DNA of 64,000 nucleotides, taken from Eubacteriales bacterium (lineage in GTDB: Bacteria; Bacillota; Clostridia; Christensenellales; UBA1242). Every line of letters starts with the position of its first letter. Within the stretch, counting starts at the first letter, position 1. A program made the translations under genes and the position numbers. Under the pieces are notes generated by a model. It was not told where the DNA came from. It made no database searches and saw only the letters and a list, made by a program, of their open reading frames with translations. Location of the stretch: the NCBI GenBank assembly GCA_018384735.1, contig JAHAXB010000032.1, positions 7,660 through 71,659 on the forward strand, written 5' to 3'. Positions 1-11,164 of the stretch are shown piece by piece.

Positions 1-492
1 TTTGGCCTTGACGAATTTTTCCACATTCTTAGCAATAAACTGGGCGGCCGGCAAAAGTTCAGCTTCACTATGTCCACCAATTTGCATTGGTACCCCGACC
101 GCAATACTGGGAACATTGCTGAAAGTTGCTTGCATCGCCATACCAATATTTGACGAACAGAAAACATCGGTGCCCAAAGAAATCCCATTGCTAATACCAC
201 AAATGACAAGGTGTGGTTTACGGTGGCGCATAATATTACCTAACATCACCGAAATCATATCCGCCGGATTGCCTTGGAATTTGTAAGCCGGAATACGACT
301 GCCGTTGACCATGTAATTAGAAACCTGTTTGAATTTAATCGGGAAACCACTGTAAGAAAAGGCGTTGCCCTTGCGACGACCAGGACCTTCCAACGAACAA
401 ACCGTGACCGTATGCTTTTTGGCCAATTCCCCCGCCAGAACTTTAAGTTCCGGGGCTTCCAAATTACGCACATTTGCAATTAGGATATTCAT
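1..492 (-). CDS. SurE-like (5'/3'-nucleotidase fold) protein, runs off the left edge; catalytic motif degenerate
   Basis: Not in the ORF track. Manual translation from ATG at 492 gives MNILIANVRNLEAPELKVLAGELAKKHTVTVCS...FQGNPADMISVMLG...KPHLVICGISNGISLGTDVFCSSNIGMAMQA..NVPSIAVG, collinear with SurE motifs (ILxTNDDG, GTPADCV, PDLVxSGIN, PxIAVS). Confidence 0.75.
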   Translation of the reverse strand, partial: MNILIANVRNLEAPELKVLAGELAKKHTVTVCSLEGPGRRKGNAFSYSGFPIKFKQVSNYMVNGSRIPAYKFQGNPADMISVMLGNIMRHRKPHLVICGISNGISLGTDVFCSSNIGMAMQATFSNVPSIAVGVPMQIGGHSEAELLPAAQFIAKNVEKFVKAK

Positions 493-517
493 CAATTTTA
501 TGATATACTTTTTTTAG

Positions 518-1228
518 ATGAGAGTAAACAAATATCTTGCTTTGTGTGGTTTAGGCAGTCGTCGTCACGTAGAGTCCTTGGTTTTGGACGGCCGTGTACG
601 TTTGAACGGCGTAGTAATTACTGACCTTGCCACTTTAATTCCGGATGACGCCACCGTCACCGTGGACAACAAACCGGTCAAACCCGCGGAAGATAAAGTC
701 TACATTTTATTAAACAAACCCAAGGGTGTGGTCTCCACCACTTACGACCCGCAAGGTCGCCCCACCGTTTTAGATGTAATTCGCAACAATCCCAAACAAT
801 ACGGCAAGTTATTAAGCACGGTGCGTTTGTATCCAGTTGGTCGTTTGGATTATCACACTTGCGGTTTATTGTTACTGACCAACGACGGGGCTTTAACCAA
901 ACAACTAACCCACCCGTCCACCCACGTGGATAAAATTTACCACGCGACTGTCAACCGTCCGGTGACCAAAACCGAACTGGAAACTTTATCGAACGGAGTA
1001 AAAATTGACGGCGTAAAAACCGCGCCGGCTTCATTCACTTACATTAAGCACGACCGCACCCAAATTCAAGTCATTATCCACGAAGGACGCAACCGCCAAA
1101 TTCGTAAAATGTTTGAAACCTTGGACATCCAAGTGACCTACTTAATTCGCTTGCAGGAAGGCAAACTGAGTTTGGGCAACCTGCCGGTCGGCGATTGGAA
1201 ATTTGTCCGCAAAAGCCAAATCATTTAA
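518..1228 (+). CDS. rluB: rRNA pseudouridine synthase, RluB/RsuA family
   Basis: S4 domain MRVNKYLALCGLGSRR, LNKPKG, catalytic GRLD, EGRNRQIRKM. Confidence 0.85.
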   Translation: MRVNKYLALCGLGSRRHVESLVLDGRVRLNGVVITDLATLIPDDATVTVDNKPVKPAEDKVYILLNKPKGVVSTTYDPQGRPTVLDVIRNNPKQYGKLLSTVRLYPVGRLDYHTCGLLLLTNDGALTKQLTHPSTHVDKIYHATVNRPVTKTELETLSNGVKIDGVKTAPASFTYIKHDRTQIQVIIHEGRNRQIRKMFETLDIQVTYLIRLQEGKLSLGNLPVGDWKFVRKSQII

Positions 1229-3717
1229 CAATTAAACAACGCACGGCGGAACATTTCGGCGGGCAACATGGACAAAGCCAACACGCCGGCAAAGATAATG
1301 TAACCCCAGTCAACCGGCACGGTACGGAAGATACCACCACCATAAAAAACGATGAAAAACTGCGACACGATAATCGCGGACATGATAATCACGAATGCTT
1401 TGTTTTTGAACAAACCGCGCAATAAGTTAATACCGTTAGCGCGGGCGTTAAATGCGTTGCAAACATTCAAAAACATGAAGAAAGTAAAGAACACGGTCAC
1501 GAAAACTTGCTGGTTACCCACAATGTTTTGCACACGTGGTGACAACAAAAACCACATACAAATCAAACTGCCGAATACACTACCCCAAATAATTTTGCCC
1601 CACATGGCCGGCGTAATTAAACTTTCGTCACGGCGTTTGGGTGGTTGCCGCATATAGACAGGCGACGGTTTTTCCCCACCAAAAGCTAAACCAGCCAAAG
1701 TATCCATCACTAAGTTAATCCATAACATTTGAATTACGGTAATCGGGGCAATCATACCGAATAACGGTGCCAAGATACAAATGGCCATCGCAATAAAGTT
1801 AATGGTTAATTTAAAGACCAAAAACTTGCGGATACTTTCAAACAAGGTACGTCCAAAAGAAACTGCCTTGGTAATCGAATGAATGTTGTCATCCATAATA
1901 ACAATGTCGCCCGCCGCTTTGGCCACTTCGGTACCACTGCCCATGGCAAAACCCAGTTCGGCACGCTTTAACGCCGGCGCATCATTCACACCATCGCCAG
2001 TCATTCCCACCACCAAGTTCAAAGATTGCGCGACCCGTACCAGCCGGCTTTTGTCTTGTGGATAAGCCCGCGCCACGACCCGCAGTTTGGGTAACAGGTG
2101 CGCCAACGCTTGGTCGTCCAAACGATTAAGTTCGTCACTGGTCAAAACTAAACCATCATGTTCCAGAATACCAACTTCGCGAGCAATGGTTACCGCCGTA
2201 TCGCGCGCATCACCCGTTACCAAAACCACTTGAATTTTTGCATCGTGTAAAGTTTGGATACTGGCACATGCTTCAGGACGCACCGTATCGCGAATTACGA
2301 TAAAACCCAACAGCACTTCGCCCTGTGTCACACAAATGACGCGCATGGCTTGCTGATTCAGTTGGGTTACTTTTTGCATGAGGCGCGCCCGTTCCAAAAC
2401 ATCTAAATGACAATGTGGCAACAAAACTTCAGTGGCACCCTTGTAGTAGGTGTCCCCCTCACTGGTGGTAGTCGCCATATATTTGGTCGCCGAAGAAAAT
2501 GGTTGAGTCTGTTGCTTGGTAACTTTGGGCATGACACCGCCCAGCAATTCACTGCCGAACTGAGCCAAAACACGGTCAGTGATATTACCACCAATAAAAC
2601 CTTGGGCGGTTGGTTCGGCTTCATTATTGACCACCAAAGCTGTACCCAAAATTTTCCCAAAGCCACCGAGCGTACTGCGGAAGTCGCTGGTAACATACTG
2701 ACCATTTGGCAACAAGACGCCGCAGACCGACAACTTGCCTTGCGTAATTGTGCCGGTCTTATCTGTAAATAAAATGTTCAAACTGCCGGCGGTTTCGACC
2801 GCACTAAGTTTACGCACTAATAACTGGTCACGCATCATAGCACGCATATTTGAAGACAGCACGACGGTAATCATCATGGGTAAGCCGTCCGGCACCGCCA
2901 TGACCACCACGGACACCACCAAAGTAACCGCGGTCAAAACTTCGTGAAAGGTTATGCCCCCACCGCCCACACTGATTAAGTAGGTCACGGCCGCAATGGC
3001 CGCACCCACATAACCAATGATGGAAACCAAGTTTGCCAGTTTTGAAAGTTTGACTTTCAATGGGCTGGTCGGTGGATTTTCAGTTAAGCCCGCAGCAATT
3101 TTTCCGTAAACCGTTTGACCGCCGACCGCGGTAACCTGCATAACACCCGTACCACCCGTCACAACAGTACCCGCAAATAATTGGTTGGGTGCCATAAAAT
3201 CGGCGGTCTGTGCAGGGGTTGCGCTGACCCGTTTGTGACATTCCAAACTTTCGCCGTTAAGGACACTTTGGTCCACGCTGATTTCGCCCGCCAACATAAC
3301 TCCATCGGCGGGGATTTTATCGCCCGAACTTAGCAACACAATTTCGCCCACCACGATTTCGGTCGCCGGCACTAACAAAGTTTTACCCGCCCGTTTAACG
3401 CGGGATTGAATCTGCGCCGACATTTTTTCCAGCTTTTGGAAAGCGGATTCGCTGCCTAATTCACTCAACGTACTGACTGTTACCGCAATCACAATCGACA
3501 TGACAATGCCAAAAGTTTCCAAAAAGTTGTGCGTATAAAACAAACACGCCAGATTGATGCCCGTCACAATCATCAAAATTTTCATAATCGGGTCGCCTAA
3601 GTTGCCGATGAAAATTTGCCAAAAACTCCGTTTTTTGGGCGGTGTTAAAGTGTTACTGCCATAATCCGCCCGCGCTTGTTCCACTTCGTGCGGGGTCAAT
3701 CCGTAAAACTCTTGCAT
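1225..3717 (-). CDS. P-type (type II, Ca2+-ATPase-like) cation-transporting ATPase
   Basis: DKTGT phosphorylation motif, NGES (TGES equivalent), KGATE, TGDGVNDAPAL, QMLWINLVMD, multiple TM segments. Confidence 0.92.
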   Translation of the reverse strand: MQEFYGLTPHEVEQARADYGSNTLTPPKKRSFWQIFIGNLGDPIMKILMIVTGINLACLFYTHNFLETFGIVMSIVIAVTVSTLSELGSESAFQKLEKMSAQIQSRVKRAGKTLLVPATEIVVGEIVLLSSGDKIPADGVMLAGEISVDQSVLNGESLECHKRVSATPAQTADFMAPNQLFAGTVVTGGTGVMQVTAVGGQTVYGKIAAGLTENPPTSPLKVKLSKLANLVSIIGYVGAAIAAVTYLISVGGGGITFHEVLTAVTLVVSVVVMAVPDGLPMMITVVLSSNMRAMMRDQLLVRKLSAVETAGSLNILFTDKTGTITQGKLSVCGVLLPNGQYVTSDFRSTLGGFGKILGTALVVNNEAEPTAQGFIGGNITDRVLAQFGSELLGGVMPKVTKQQTQPFSSATKYMATTTSEGDTYYKGATEVLLPHCHLDVLERARLMQKVTQLNQQAMRVICVTQGEVLLGFIVIRDTVRPEACASIQTLHDAKIQVVLVTGDARDTAVTIAREVGILEHDGLVLTSDELNRLDDQALAHLLPKLRVVARAYPQDKSRLVRVAQSLNLVVGMTGDGVNDAPALKRAELGFAMGSGTEVAKAAGDIVIMDDNIHSITKAVSFGRTLFESIRKFLVFKLTINFIAMAICILAPLFGMIAPITVIQMLWINLVMDTLAGLAFGGEKPSPVYMRQPPKRRDESLITPAMWGKIIWGSVFGSLICMWFLLSPRVQNIVGNQQVFVTVFFTFFMFLNVCNAFNARANGINLLRGLFKNKAFVIIMSAIIVSQFFIVFYGGGIFRTVPVDWGYIIFAGVLALSMLPAEMFRRALFNC

Positions 3718-3789
3718 TTCCTATATATATAGGCGTGAAAGACGAAATTTGCTTGTCAATCAGGGGGTTAAGGATTAGACTACCTCATT

Positions 3790-4062
3790 ATGTTAGCTGA
3801 TACCTTACAAGTCCTGCATGATACCGAAAATAAGGCCGAAAAAATCCTGACCGATGCTAATTTACAAGTATGTGAAATTGAAAAACAAACTTATCAAACC
3901 ATTACCCGCATTGAAAATAACATTAACAACGAAATTGCCATGGCAATCGCCGAATTACCACAACCCGAACCTTTACCCGCACCAGAAGTAAAAATTGATG
4001 TGCCCCAAGCTAAAATGGACGCGGCCGTAGACTATATCATTCAAGCCGTACACGGAGCGTAA
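3790..4062 (+). CDS. V/A-type ATPase peripheral stalk subunit G/H (putative)
   Basis: 90-aa helical protein, first gene of the ntp-like operon. Confidence 0.65.
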   Translation: MLADTLQVLHDTENKAEKILTDANLQVCEIEKQTYQTITRIENNINNEIAMAIAELPQPEPLPAPEVKIDVPQAKMDAAVDYIIQAVHGA

Positions 4063-4064
4063 CC

Positions 4065-6014
4065 ATGATTGAAAAAATGAAAAAAGTCTCCTTAGTGGGA
4101 GAACGCGCTAACCTGAAAAAAGTCATTGATACCCTGAAAGCCAGTGGTAACTTTCAAATTACTTTTTACAAGAGCAGCACTAACCCATTATCGCCCGCGG
4201 ACGCCAGTTTAAAAAATCAATACAACGCTGAATTAAACCGTGTGAATAGCGTGTTGAATTTCTTACAGGTCAACAATAAGCCCTTGCGCCTGACTTACCA
4301 AGCATTAAAAAATGTGGTCAAAAAACAAAAACAGATTGAAACCTTGTTGGCTAAATACGAAAAAGCCAAAATCGACAGCACGGATTTGCAAACCCAAATC
4401 AATTTGAACCGAACCACCATGGACAGTTTGCAACAGTTCAGCGCGTTGCCAATACCTGCCAACTTGTTAAAATCAACCAAGAACGCTTTTGTTTTGGCGG
4501 GTTTAATTACCGCCAATGACTTTACTCGTTTCACAAACGACATTGACACCAAAAACTTTCTTTACGAAACCTACCCCACCGCTAACAAAAATCTTTTGGT
4601 GGTGATGACCGGTGATGCTGACAACCACCCAATCGCGGAAACGATTTTGGATTACAACTTTATTCCGTTCCCCGGTTATTACAGTTTCCCCCGCACGCCG
4701 GCCGCGCAAATTGATTACCTCAACCAACAAAACCAAAACTTGCAAGCCGAACTAGCCAAGATTGCCAACAAGCACCAACCGACCGCGGAACAAATTGACT
4801 TGTTAAAAACTTATTATGATTATTTATTGAACGAAATTGACACCTTGGAAATTTTGGCTGCGACCATTCAAACCAAGTACTGCTTCGTGGTCAACGGTTG
4901 GATTCCCGCGCGCAAAGCGGACGAGTTTACTCAACTGATTCACAAGACCGATAAAAATGTAGCGGTAACCTTGAATGATGCTACCAGCACGGACACTCCG
5001 CCCGCGTTAGTACACAACACACCGTTGGTGGCGCCTTATAACGCAATTACCATGATGTACGGCGCACCGGGTCGTAACGACATTGACCCAAACCCGTTTG
5101 TCGCGATTTTTTATTTCTTGTTCTTTGGCTCTATGTTCGGCGACTTGGGTTACGGTTTATTGTTGTCGGTCATTACTGCCATCATTCTTTTGGTACGTAA
5201 GCCACAAGGCGGGACGCGCCAACTGATTGCGCTGTTTTGTATGGGTGGAATTTCCGCCGCTTTGTGGGGTTTGTTATTCAACAGTTGTTTCGGTTTGAAC
5301 CTGCCCACCTTTATAATGAACCGCACCATCATTGACCCACTGGGTAACGACGCAACCTTCTTCTTCGCTTTGTCGTTATATTTGGGTGTCATTCAAATTA
5401 CCGTGGGTAACTTGTTGAACCTGATTAACCAATTACGCTTAAAACAATGGGCTACCGGTTTCGGCAAAGCCCTGCCCAACTTGGTCATGTTCATCGGTTT
5501 GTGTTTGGCTTTCCCCGCTTTAATGCAAAAAATCATTCCGTTGAATTATGCCATCGTAGATTGGTTCCAACAACTGATGTTCCCCGGTTTAATCATTGCC
5601 ATTGTTGGTTTTGCGGGCGTGGTTTTGTTCAACGGCATTGGTCACCGTTTCGGTGGTTATATCATCGGCATGTTTTCCGGTGCTTACAAATTGGTCAACT
5701 ATTTCAGCGATATTTTGTCTTACGCCCGTTTGTTCGGTGTAGGACTGGTCGGTTGCGTGATAGCTTACGTTGCTAACTTCCTGTGTGGTATGTTTGCCAG
5801 CGCGGGCTTCATCGGCATAATTTTTGGCGGCATTGTCGCAGTATTATTCCATGCGTTAAACATTGCGCTAAGTTTATTGTCCGCGTACATTCATAACGCG
5901 CGCTTACAGTTCGTTGAATTTTTCGGTAAATTTTACGAGGGCTCGGGTACCCCGTTCGTACCTATGGCCAGCAAACTTCGTTACGCCCGTATCCAAAATG
6001 ATACGCGTAAATAA
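4065..6014 (+). CDS. ntpI: V/A-type ATPase subunit I (a)
   Basis: GWIP, DIDPNPFVAIFYFLFFGSMFGDLGYG, SDILSYARL, RLQFVEFFGKFYEGSG. Confidence 0.95.
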   Translation: MIEKMKKVSLVGERANLKKVIDTLKASGNFQITFYKSSTNPLSPADASLKNQYNAELNRVNSVLNFLQVNNKPLRLTYQALKNVVKKQKQIETLLAKYEKAKIDSTDLQTQINLNRTTMDSLQQFSALPIPANLLKSTKNAFVLAGLITANDFTRFTNDIDTKNFLYETYPTANKNLLVVMTGDADNHPIAETILDYNFIPFPGYYSFPRTPAAQIDYLNQQNQNLQAELAKIANKHQPTAEQIDLLKTYYDYLLNEIDTLEILAATIQTKYCFVVNGWIPARKADEFTQLIHKTDKNVAVTLNDATSTDTPPALVHNTPLVAPYNAITMMYGAPGRNDIDPNPFVAIFYFLFFGSMFGDLGYGLLLSVITAIILLVRKPQGGTRQLIALFCMGGISAALWGLLFNSCFGLNLPTFIMNRTIIDPLGNDATFFFALSLYLGVIQITVGNLLNLINQLRLKQWATGFGKALPNLVMFIGLCLAFPALMQKIIPLNYAIVDWFQQLMFPGLIIAIVGFAGVVLFNGIGHRFGGYIIGMFSGAYKLVNYFSDILSYARLFGVGLVGCVIAYVANFLCGMFASAGFIGIIFGGIVAVLFHALNIALSLLSAYIHNARLQFVEFFGKFYEGSGTPFVPMASKLRYARIQNDTRK

Positions 6015-6040
6015 AAGATAGGAAAGGAGGATTAAAAATA

Positions 6041-6517
6041 ATGGGAGGAAATGCTTTTGCTTTAATCGGTGCTGCGTTAGCCGTCGGTTGTTGCTGTACA
6101 GGTTCCGCGTTCGGTGTTTTTCATGTTCAACGCGCCAGCTGTGGTATCATCGCGGAAAAGCCCGAAAAATACAGTAAGACTTTGATTTTGCAGTTGATTC
6201 CATCTTCCAGTGCGTTGTATGGCTTCATCGTTGCGTTCTTGGTTTTGGTTAAAGCTGTTTTAGGCAATTCGGCCTACACCGTCAACGAGGGCTTAATGGT
6301 CTTAGGTGGTTGCTTAGCCGTAGCGATTGCCGGTTCAACCGCAGCCATTGCCCAAGGTAAAGTTTGCGCTTCGGCTGTCGTGATGGTTGGTAAACGTGAC
6401 GATGCGATTGGTCGTGCGATTACCATGGCGGTCTTCACCGAATTGTTTGCTTTGTTTGGTTTGATTATTTCCATCTTGTGCGTGTTGTTAATTCCAGCCA
6501 CGGCTGTTGCGGCCTAA
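6041..6517 (+). CDS. ntpK: V/A-type ATPase rotor subunit K (c), four TM
   Basis: Hydrophobic 158 aa, LYGF, AQG, ion-binding Glu in VFTELF; SD GGAGG upstream. Confidence 0.93.
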   Translation: MGGNAFALIGAALAVGCCCTGSAFGVFHVQRASCGIIAEKPEKYSKTLILQLIPSSSALYGFIVAFLVLVKAVLGNSAYTVNEGLMVLGGCLAVAIAGSTAAIAQGKVCASAVVMVGKRDDAIGRAITMAVFTELFALFGLIISILCVLLIPATAVAA

Positions 6518-6526
6518 GGAGTTACC

Positions 6527-7060
6527 ATGACCGAACAAGATTTAACCAAAAAAATCTTACGTAACGCCAAGCAACAAGCGAAAGACTTGGTTACCGCGGC
6601 CGAACAACGCGCTGCGGAACAAATTGCCAATGCGCAGGCCCAAGCCGACCACAAACGCGAAACGGCGTTAGCCAAGGGGCAAGCCGATTTAGCATACCGC
6701 AAAGTGCAACAACAACGGGCGCACGATGTCGCACGGATCAAAGCCCAAATCAACGCCAAACAAGCGTGGATTGACCGGGCTTTTGCTACCGCTAAGGACA
6801 AGCTGGTGCATGCTTCCGCCAAGGAAATCAAAACTTTGGTTGATGCACTAACCCAAAAATACGCCCAAGCGGGTGACAAAGTGTTAATTGCCCAGAACTG
6901 GGCGCACGCGGTACCTAACTTGGAAACCACTACTGCTATCGACAGTGGGTTAATCATCGAAAATCAAACTTACCGCATCGAGTTGGACATCGACAGTATC
7001 TTGAACGAACTGAAAGAACCGTTGGCGCCAACTGTCGCGGAAATTTTAGGAGTCATGTAA
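6527..7060 (+). CDS. ntpE: V/A-type ATPase subunit E
   Basis: N-terminal coiled coil, IDSGLII, operon position. Confidence 0.85.
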   Translation: MTEQDLTKKILRNAKQQAKDLVTAAEQRAAEQIANAQAQADHKRETALAKGQADLAYRKVQQQRAHDVARIKAQINAKQAWIDRAFATAKDKLVHASAKEIKTLVDALTQKYAQAGDKVLIAQNWAHAVPNLETTTAIDSGLIIENQTYRIELDIDSILNELKEPLAPTVAEILGVM

Positions 7061-7061
7061 C

Positions 7062-7736
7062 ATGGCGGGTGGCGTAACTTTTGCGAATGCTAGCATTATC
7101 ATGCAGGGCGATGCCCATCTTTTAACACGCAAACGCATTCGTGAAATGGCGACCGCCACCAGTCGTGAAGATTGTTTACGTGTTTTAAGCGAGTGTGGCT
7201 ACCAAACCGACTTTGCTACCGATGACGAGATTTTGGACGCGGCACGTGCGCAAACCTTACAAACCTTGCAAGAGTTGTGCGAAGATCCCGCCCTGCTCGC
7301 TTGCGTACAGGCGACTAACCAATTAACCGAAGTCAACGCGGAGCAGGTTTTTGCTACCCTAGCCCGCCAAATTCCACTCATCAAAACACCGAGTATCCGT
7401 GAATACTTTACCACTTGGGTTGATTGGGTTAATGTGCGCAGTTTCTACAAAGGCAGTGACAAAGTTTTTCCCGGTGGTGCTTTGACCGCGGGACATTTGG
7501 ATCTTTATCCACACATTAGCGCGGAACAACGCGAAGACGCCATGCAGGAACGTTTGGACGAATTGGGCGCGGTCGACAAAGACGATATTTTCAAACCTAA
7601 CCCATTATTTTGGTGGTACCTGCAACGCCAAAAAGAACTGGTCATTATTAAAGCCATTTTAATCAGCAAGCGCTTTAATTATGACGTGACTTGGTTACGC
7701 GAAAATTTGAGGGGGCTGTATGAACAATTCCAATAA
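7062..7736 (+). CDS. ntpC: V/A-type ATPase subunit C (shortened)
   Basis: FANASI, LLT..I..M, D..NVR, C-terminal LRENLRGLY; operon position. Confidence 0.8.
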   Translation: MAGGVTFANASIIMQGDAHLLTRKRIREMATATSREDCLRVLSECGYQTDFATDDEILDAARAQTLQTLQELCEDPALLACVQATNQLTEVNAEQVFATLARQIPLIKTPSIREYFTTWVDWVNVRSFYKGSDKVFPGGALTAGHLDLYPHISAEQREDAMQERLDELGAVDKDDIFKPNPLFWWYLQRQKELVIIKAILISKRFNYDVTWLRENLRGLYEQFQ

Positions 7737-8049
7737 AATGATTGCGGTAATTGGTGAACAAACCATTGTAAAGATTTTTCGCGCCATCGGCTATGATTGT
7801 TTTTATGATACTGACCCCGCAGATGTGGTTGCCCGTTGTCAGGAACTGGATGCGGCTGGTTATAAAATCATCTTAATTTTGGAAAAGACGGCAGCGCAAA
7901 TCGCAAAATACTTGGACAGTCGGGCGAGCATTGCCTACCCCATCATCATGCCAATTCCCGATACTGTGACACACAGCCATTACGGAATGCAACGCTTAAA
8001 GGAAAATATGGAAAAAGCCATGGGCATTAAAGTAGGAGGAAATTTATGA
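7720..8049 (+). CDS. ntpG: V/A-type ATPase subunit F
   Basis: IAVIGE...FRAIG, PIIMPIP, EKAMG; lies before subunit A. Confidence 0.85.
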   Translation: MNNSNKMIAVIGEQTIVKIFRAIGYDCFYDTDPADVVARCQELDAAGYKIILILEKTAAQIAKYLDSRASIAYPIIMPIPDTVTHSHYGMQRLKENMEKAMGIKVGGNL

Positions 8050-9785
8050 AGCAAGCGAAAATTGTAAAAGTCAGTGGTCCACTGGTGGTGGCTTCTGGTC
8101 TTGATAGTGCGAACTTACACGATGTAGTTTACGTCGGCAACGCAAAATTAGTTGGCGAAATTATTGAACTGCGCGGTGATAAGGCCAGCATTCAGGTCTA
8201 CGAAGAAACCAGCGGGATTAAAGTTGGCGACCCAGTAGAAAACACGAACGCCCCGTTGTCCATGGAATTGGCCCCCGGTATCATGTCCGGTATCTTTGAC
8301 GGGATTGGACGTCCGCTGACCAAAATTCGCGACTTAGTGGGTAACCGCATTACCACGGGATTATCCGTAGATAAATTGGACCGCAGTGCAAAGTGGGAAT
8401 TTAAACCAACTAAGCAGGTCGGCGACACGGTAACCGCGGGCGATGTTTTGGGTACGGTACAAGAAACTGCCGTGATTGAACACCGCATTATGGTGCCGTA
8501 CGGTATGCAAGGTAAAGTTTCCAAAATCCAAGCAGGTAACTTTACCATCGTGGATACGATTGCCGAAATCGATGGGCAGCCCGTGCAAATGCTGCAAAAA
8601 TGGCCGGTGCGTGTCGCGCGTCCGATTACCCGTAAGTTAGCCACCAGCGTGCCATTGATTACCGGACAACGTACGATTGATACTTTGTTCCCGATTGCCA
8701 AAGGTGGTGTGGCGGCTATTCCGGGTCCTTTCGGCTCGGGTAAAACTGTTTGCCAACACCAAATCGCCAAATGGTCGGATGCCCAAGTGGTAGTCTACAT
8801 TGGTTGTGGCGAGCGCGGTAACGAAATGACCGATGTCTTAAATGAATTTCCGGAACTGGTCGATGTAAAGACCGGCGAACCGTTAATGAAACGTACCATC
8901 TTGATTGCTAACACCAGTGATATGCCGGTGGCGGCGCGTGAAGCCAGCATCTACACCGGTATCACGATTGCGGAATATTTCCGCGACATGGGCTACGATG
9001 TCGCCATCATGGCGGATAGTACCAGTCGTTGGGCGGAAGCGTTGCGCGAAATGAGCGGACGCTTGGAAGAACTGCCGGGCGAAGAGGGCTACCCCGCCTA
9101 CCTCAGCAGTCGTATCGCCGAATTTTACGAACGTGCGGGACGCGTGCAAGTTTTGGGTTCGGAAGGTCTTTTGGGTTCGATTACCGCGATTGGTGCGGTA
9201 TCGCCGCCCGGTGGTGATTTAAGCGAACCAGTTTCCCAAGCCACCTTACGCATTGTCAAAGTTTTCTGGGGTTTGTCCGCGGCGTTAGCTTACCACCGTC
9301 ACTTCCCCGCGATTGATTGGCTAACTTCGTATTCGCTGTACGCTGACCAGTTGGGTAACTGGTACCGCGACAACCTTTCACCTGATTACGCGGGCTACCG
9401 TCAAGGTGCCATAAAGATTTTACAACTTTCTGCCAACCTGGAAGAAATCGTCCGTTTGGTCGGCGAGGATTCTTTATCCGATGGTGACCGTTTGATTTTG
9501 GATATGGCCAACCAGTTAAAGGAAAACTACCTGATGCAAGACGCAATGAGCGAAATCGACACTTACGCAGCACCCCGCAAACAATTTTTAATGTTGGAAG
9601 CGATGATGACTTATTACAACATGGCGGCAACAGCCATTCGCAAAGGTGTCCCCTACGAGAAAGTAGTTTTGCCAACCTTCCGTGAAGAGTTCGCGCAATT
9701 CCGCTACATTCCAAACGACGAAGCCGAAAAGATTGCGGACTTAACCAACCGCATCAAATACGAATTAGGAGGTAAACTGGCGTGA
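8046..9785 (+). CDS. ntpA: V/A-type ATPase catalytic subunit A
   Basis: Walker [34 protein letters not shown]. Confidence 0.98.
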   Translation: MKQAKIVKVSGPLVVASGLDSANLHDVVYVGNAKLVGEIIELRGDKASIQVYEETSGIKVGDPVENTNAPLSMELAPGIMSGIFDGIGRPLTKIRDLVGNRITTGLSVDKLDRSAKWEFKPTKQVGDTVTAGDVLGTVQETAVIEHRIMVPYGMQGKVSKIQAGNFTIVDTIAEIDGQPVQMLQKWPVRVARPITRKLATSVPLITGQRTIDTLFPIAKGGVAAIPGPFGSGKTVCQHQIAKWSDAQVVVYIGCGERGNEMTDVLNEFPELVDVKTGEPLMKRTILIANTSDMPVAAREASIYTGITIAEYFRDMGYDVAIMADSTSRWAEALREMSGRLEELPGEEGYPAYLSSRIAEFYERAGRVQVLGSEGLLGSITAIGAVSPPGGDLSEPVSQATLRIVKVFWGLSAALAYHRHFPAIDWLTSYSLYADQLGNWYRDNLSPDYAGYRQGAIKILQLSANLEEIVRLVGEDSLSDGDRLILDMANQLKENYLMQDAMSEIDTYAAPRKQFLMLEAMMTYYNMAATAIRKGVPYEKVVLPTFREEFAQFRYIPNDEAEKIADLTNRIKYELGGKLA

Positions 9786-11164
9786 ACAAGTATTACAAAA
9801 CCATCAAAAGTGCGGTCGGACCTTTGTTAGTGGTCACCGATACCGCGGGTGTTACCTATAACGAATTTGTTGAAATCAAGGCCGATGACGGCACAGTGCG
9901 TTACGGTAAAGTTTTGGAAGTCTTGGACGACAAAGCCGTGGTGCAATTATTCAATGTCGGACAAGGTTTAGGGATTCATGATAACGCGGTCAAATTCACC
10001 GGACACGGCTTGGAGGTTGCGGTATCGCCCGACATCTTGGGTCGCGTGTTCGACGGCTTAGGTCGCCCGAAAGACGGTGCTGCCCCGTTAATTGCCAGCA
10101 AGAAATTGGACATTAACGGTACACCGATTAACCCCGTGGCGCGTGATTATCCGCAAGATTTTATTCAAACGGGGATTTCCACGATTGACGGCTTGAACAC
10201 TTTGGTGCGTGGTCAAAAGTTACCGATTTTTTCCATGTCGGGTATGCCCCACGCTGAATTAGCCGCGCAAATTGCCCGCCAAGCCACGGTACCTAATTCT
10301 GAGACTAAGTTCGCCATCGTGTTTGCGGCGATTGGTATTACCTATGATGAAGCCGCCTACTTCATGAATTCGTTTGCGGAAACCGGTGCGCTGGCTCGTT
10401 CAGTTATGTTTATCAACTTAGCGAACGACCCCGCACTTGAACGTATCGCAACCCCGCGTGTGGCTTTGACGGTAGCCGAATATTTGGCGTTTGAATTAAA
10501 CTATCACGTTTTGGTCATTACCACGGATATGACGAACTACGCCGAAGCGTTGCGCGAAGTTTCCGCCGCCCGTAAAGAAATTCCGGGTCGTCGCGGTTAT
10601 CCGGGCTACCTGTACACCGACTTGGCTTCGCTTTACGAACGCGCTGGTTGTATTAAAGGTTGCCAAGGTTCAATTACGCAAATTCCGATTCTAACCATGC
10701 CGGAAGACGACAAAACCCACCCGATTCCGGACTTAACCGGTTACATTACCGAAGGACAAATTGTTATTTCGCGCGAACTGTACAAAAAAGGAATTACCCC
10801 GCCGATTGACATTTTGCCGTCCTTGTCGCGTTTGAAAGACAAAGGCATCGGTAAAGGTAAAACCCGTGACGACCACAAAAATGTGCTGAACCAATTATTC
10901 GCCTGTTACGCCAAAGGCAAGGACAGTAAAGAATTGGCGCAAATTTTGGGCGAATCCGCTTTATCCGCGACCGACCAACTGTACTGCAAATTCGCTACCG
11001 AGTTTGAAAATCAATTTATCAACCAAGGTTTCAATACTAACCGCACGATTGATGAAACTTTGGATTTGGGTTGGCATTTACTGCGTATGTTACCAAAAGT
11101 CGAACTAACCCGTATCAGCAAACCAATTTTGGATAAGTATTACGACGATGGCAACAACGACTAA
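9782..11164 (+). CDS. ntpB: V/A-type ATPase subunit B
   Basis: [38 protein letters not shown]. Confidence 0.98.
   Translation: MNKYYKTIKSAVGPLLVVTDTAGVTYNEFVEIKADDGTVRYGKVLEVLDDKAVVQLFNVGQGLGIHDNAVKFTGHGLEVAVSPDILGRVFDGLGRPKDGAAPLIASKKLDINGTPINPVARDYPQDFIQTGISTIDGLNTLVRGQKLPIFSMSGMPHAELAAQIARQATVPNSETKFAIVFAAIGITYDEAAYFMNSFAETGALARSVMFINLANDPALERIATPRVALTVAEYLAFELNYHVLVITTDMTNYAEALREVSAARKEIPGRRGYPGYLYTDLASLYERAGCIKGCQGSITQIPILTMPEDDKTHPIPDLTGYITEGQIVISRELYKKGITPPIDILPSLSRLKDKGIGKGKTRDDHKNVLNQLFACYAKGKDSKELAQILGESALSATDQLYCKFATEFENQFINQGFNTNRTIDETLDLGWHLLRMLPKVELTRISKPILDKYYDDGNND

Noticed and set aside
2-483. ORF-track entries 2..286, 255..479 and 274..483
   Set aside because: They are shadows of the minus-strand SurE-like frame starting at 492.
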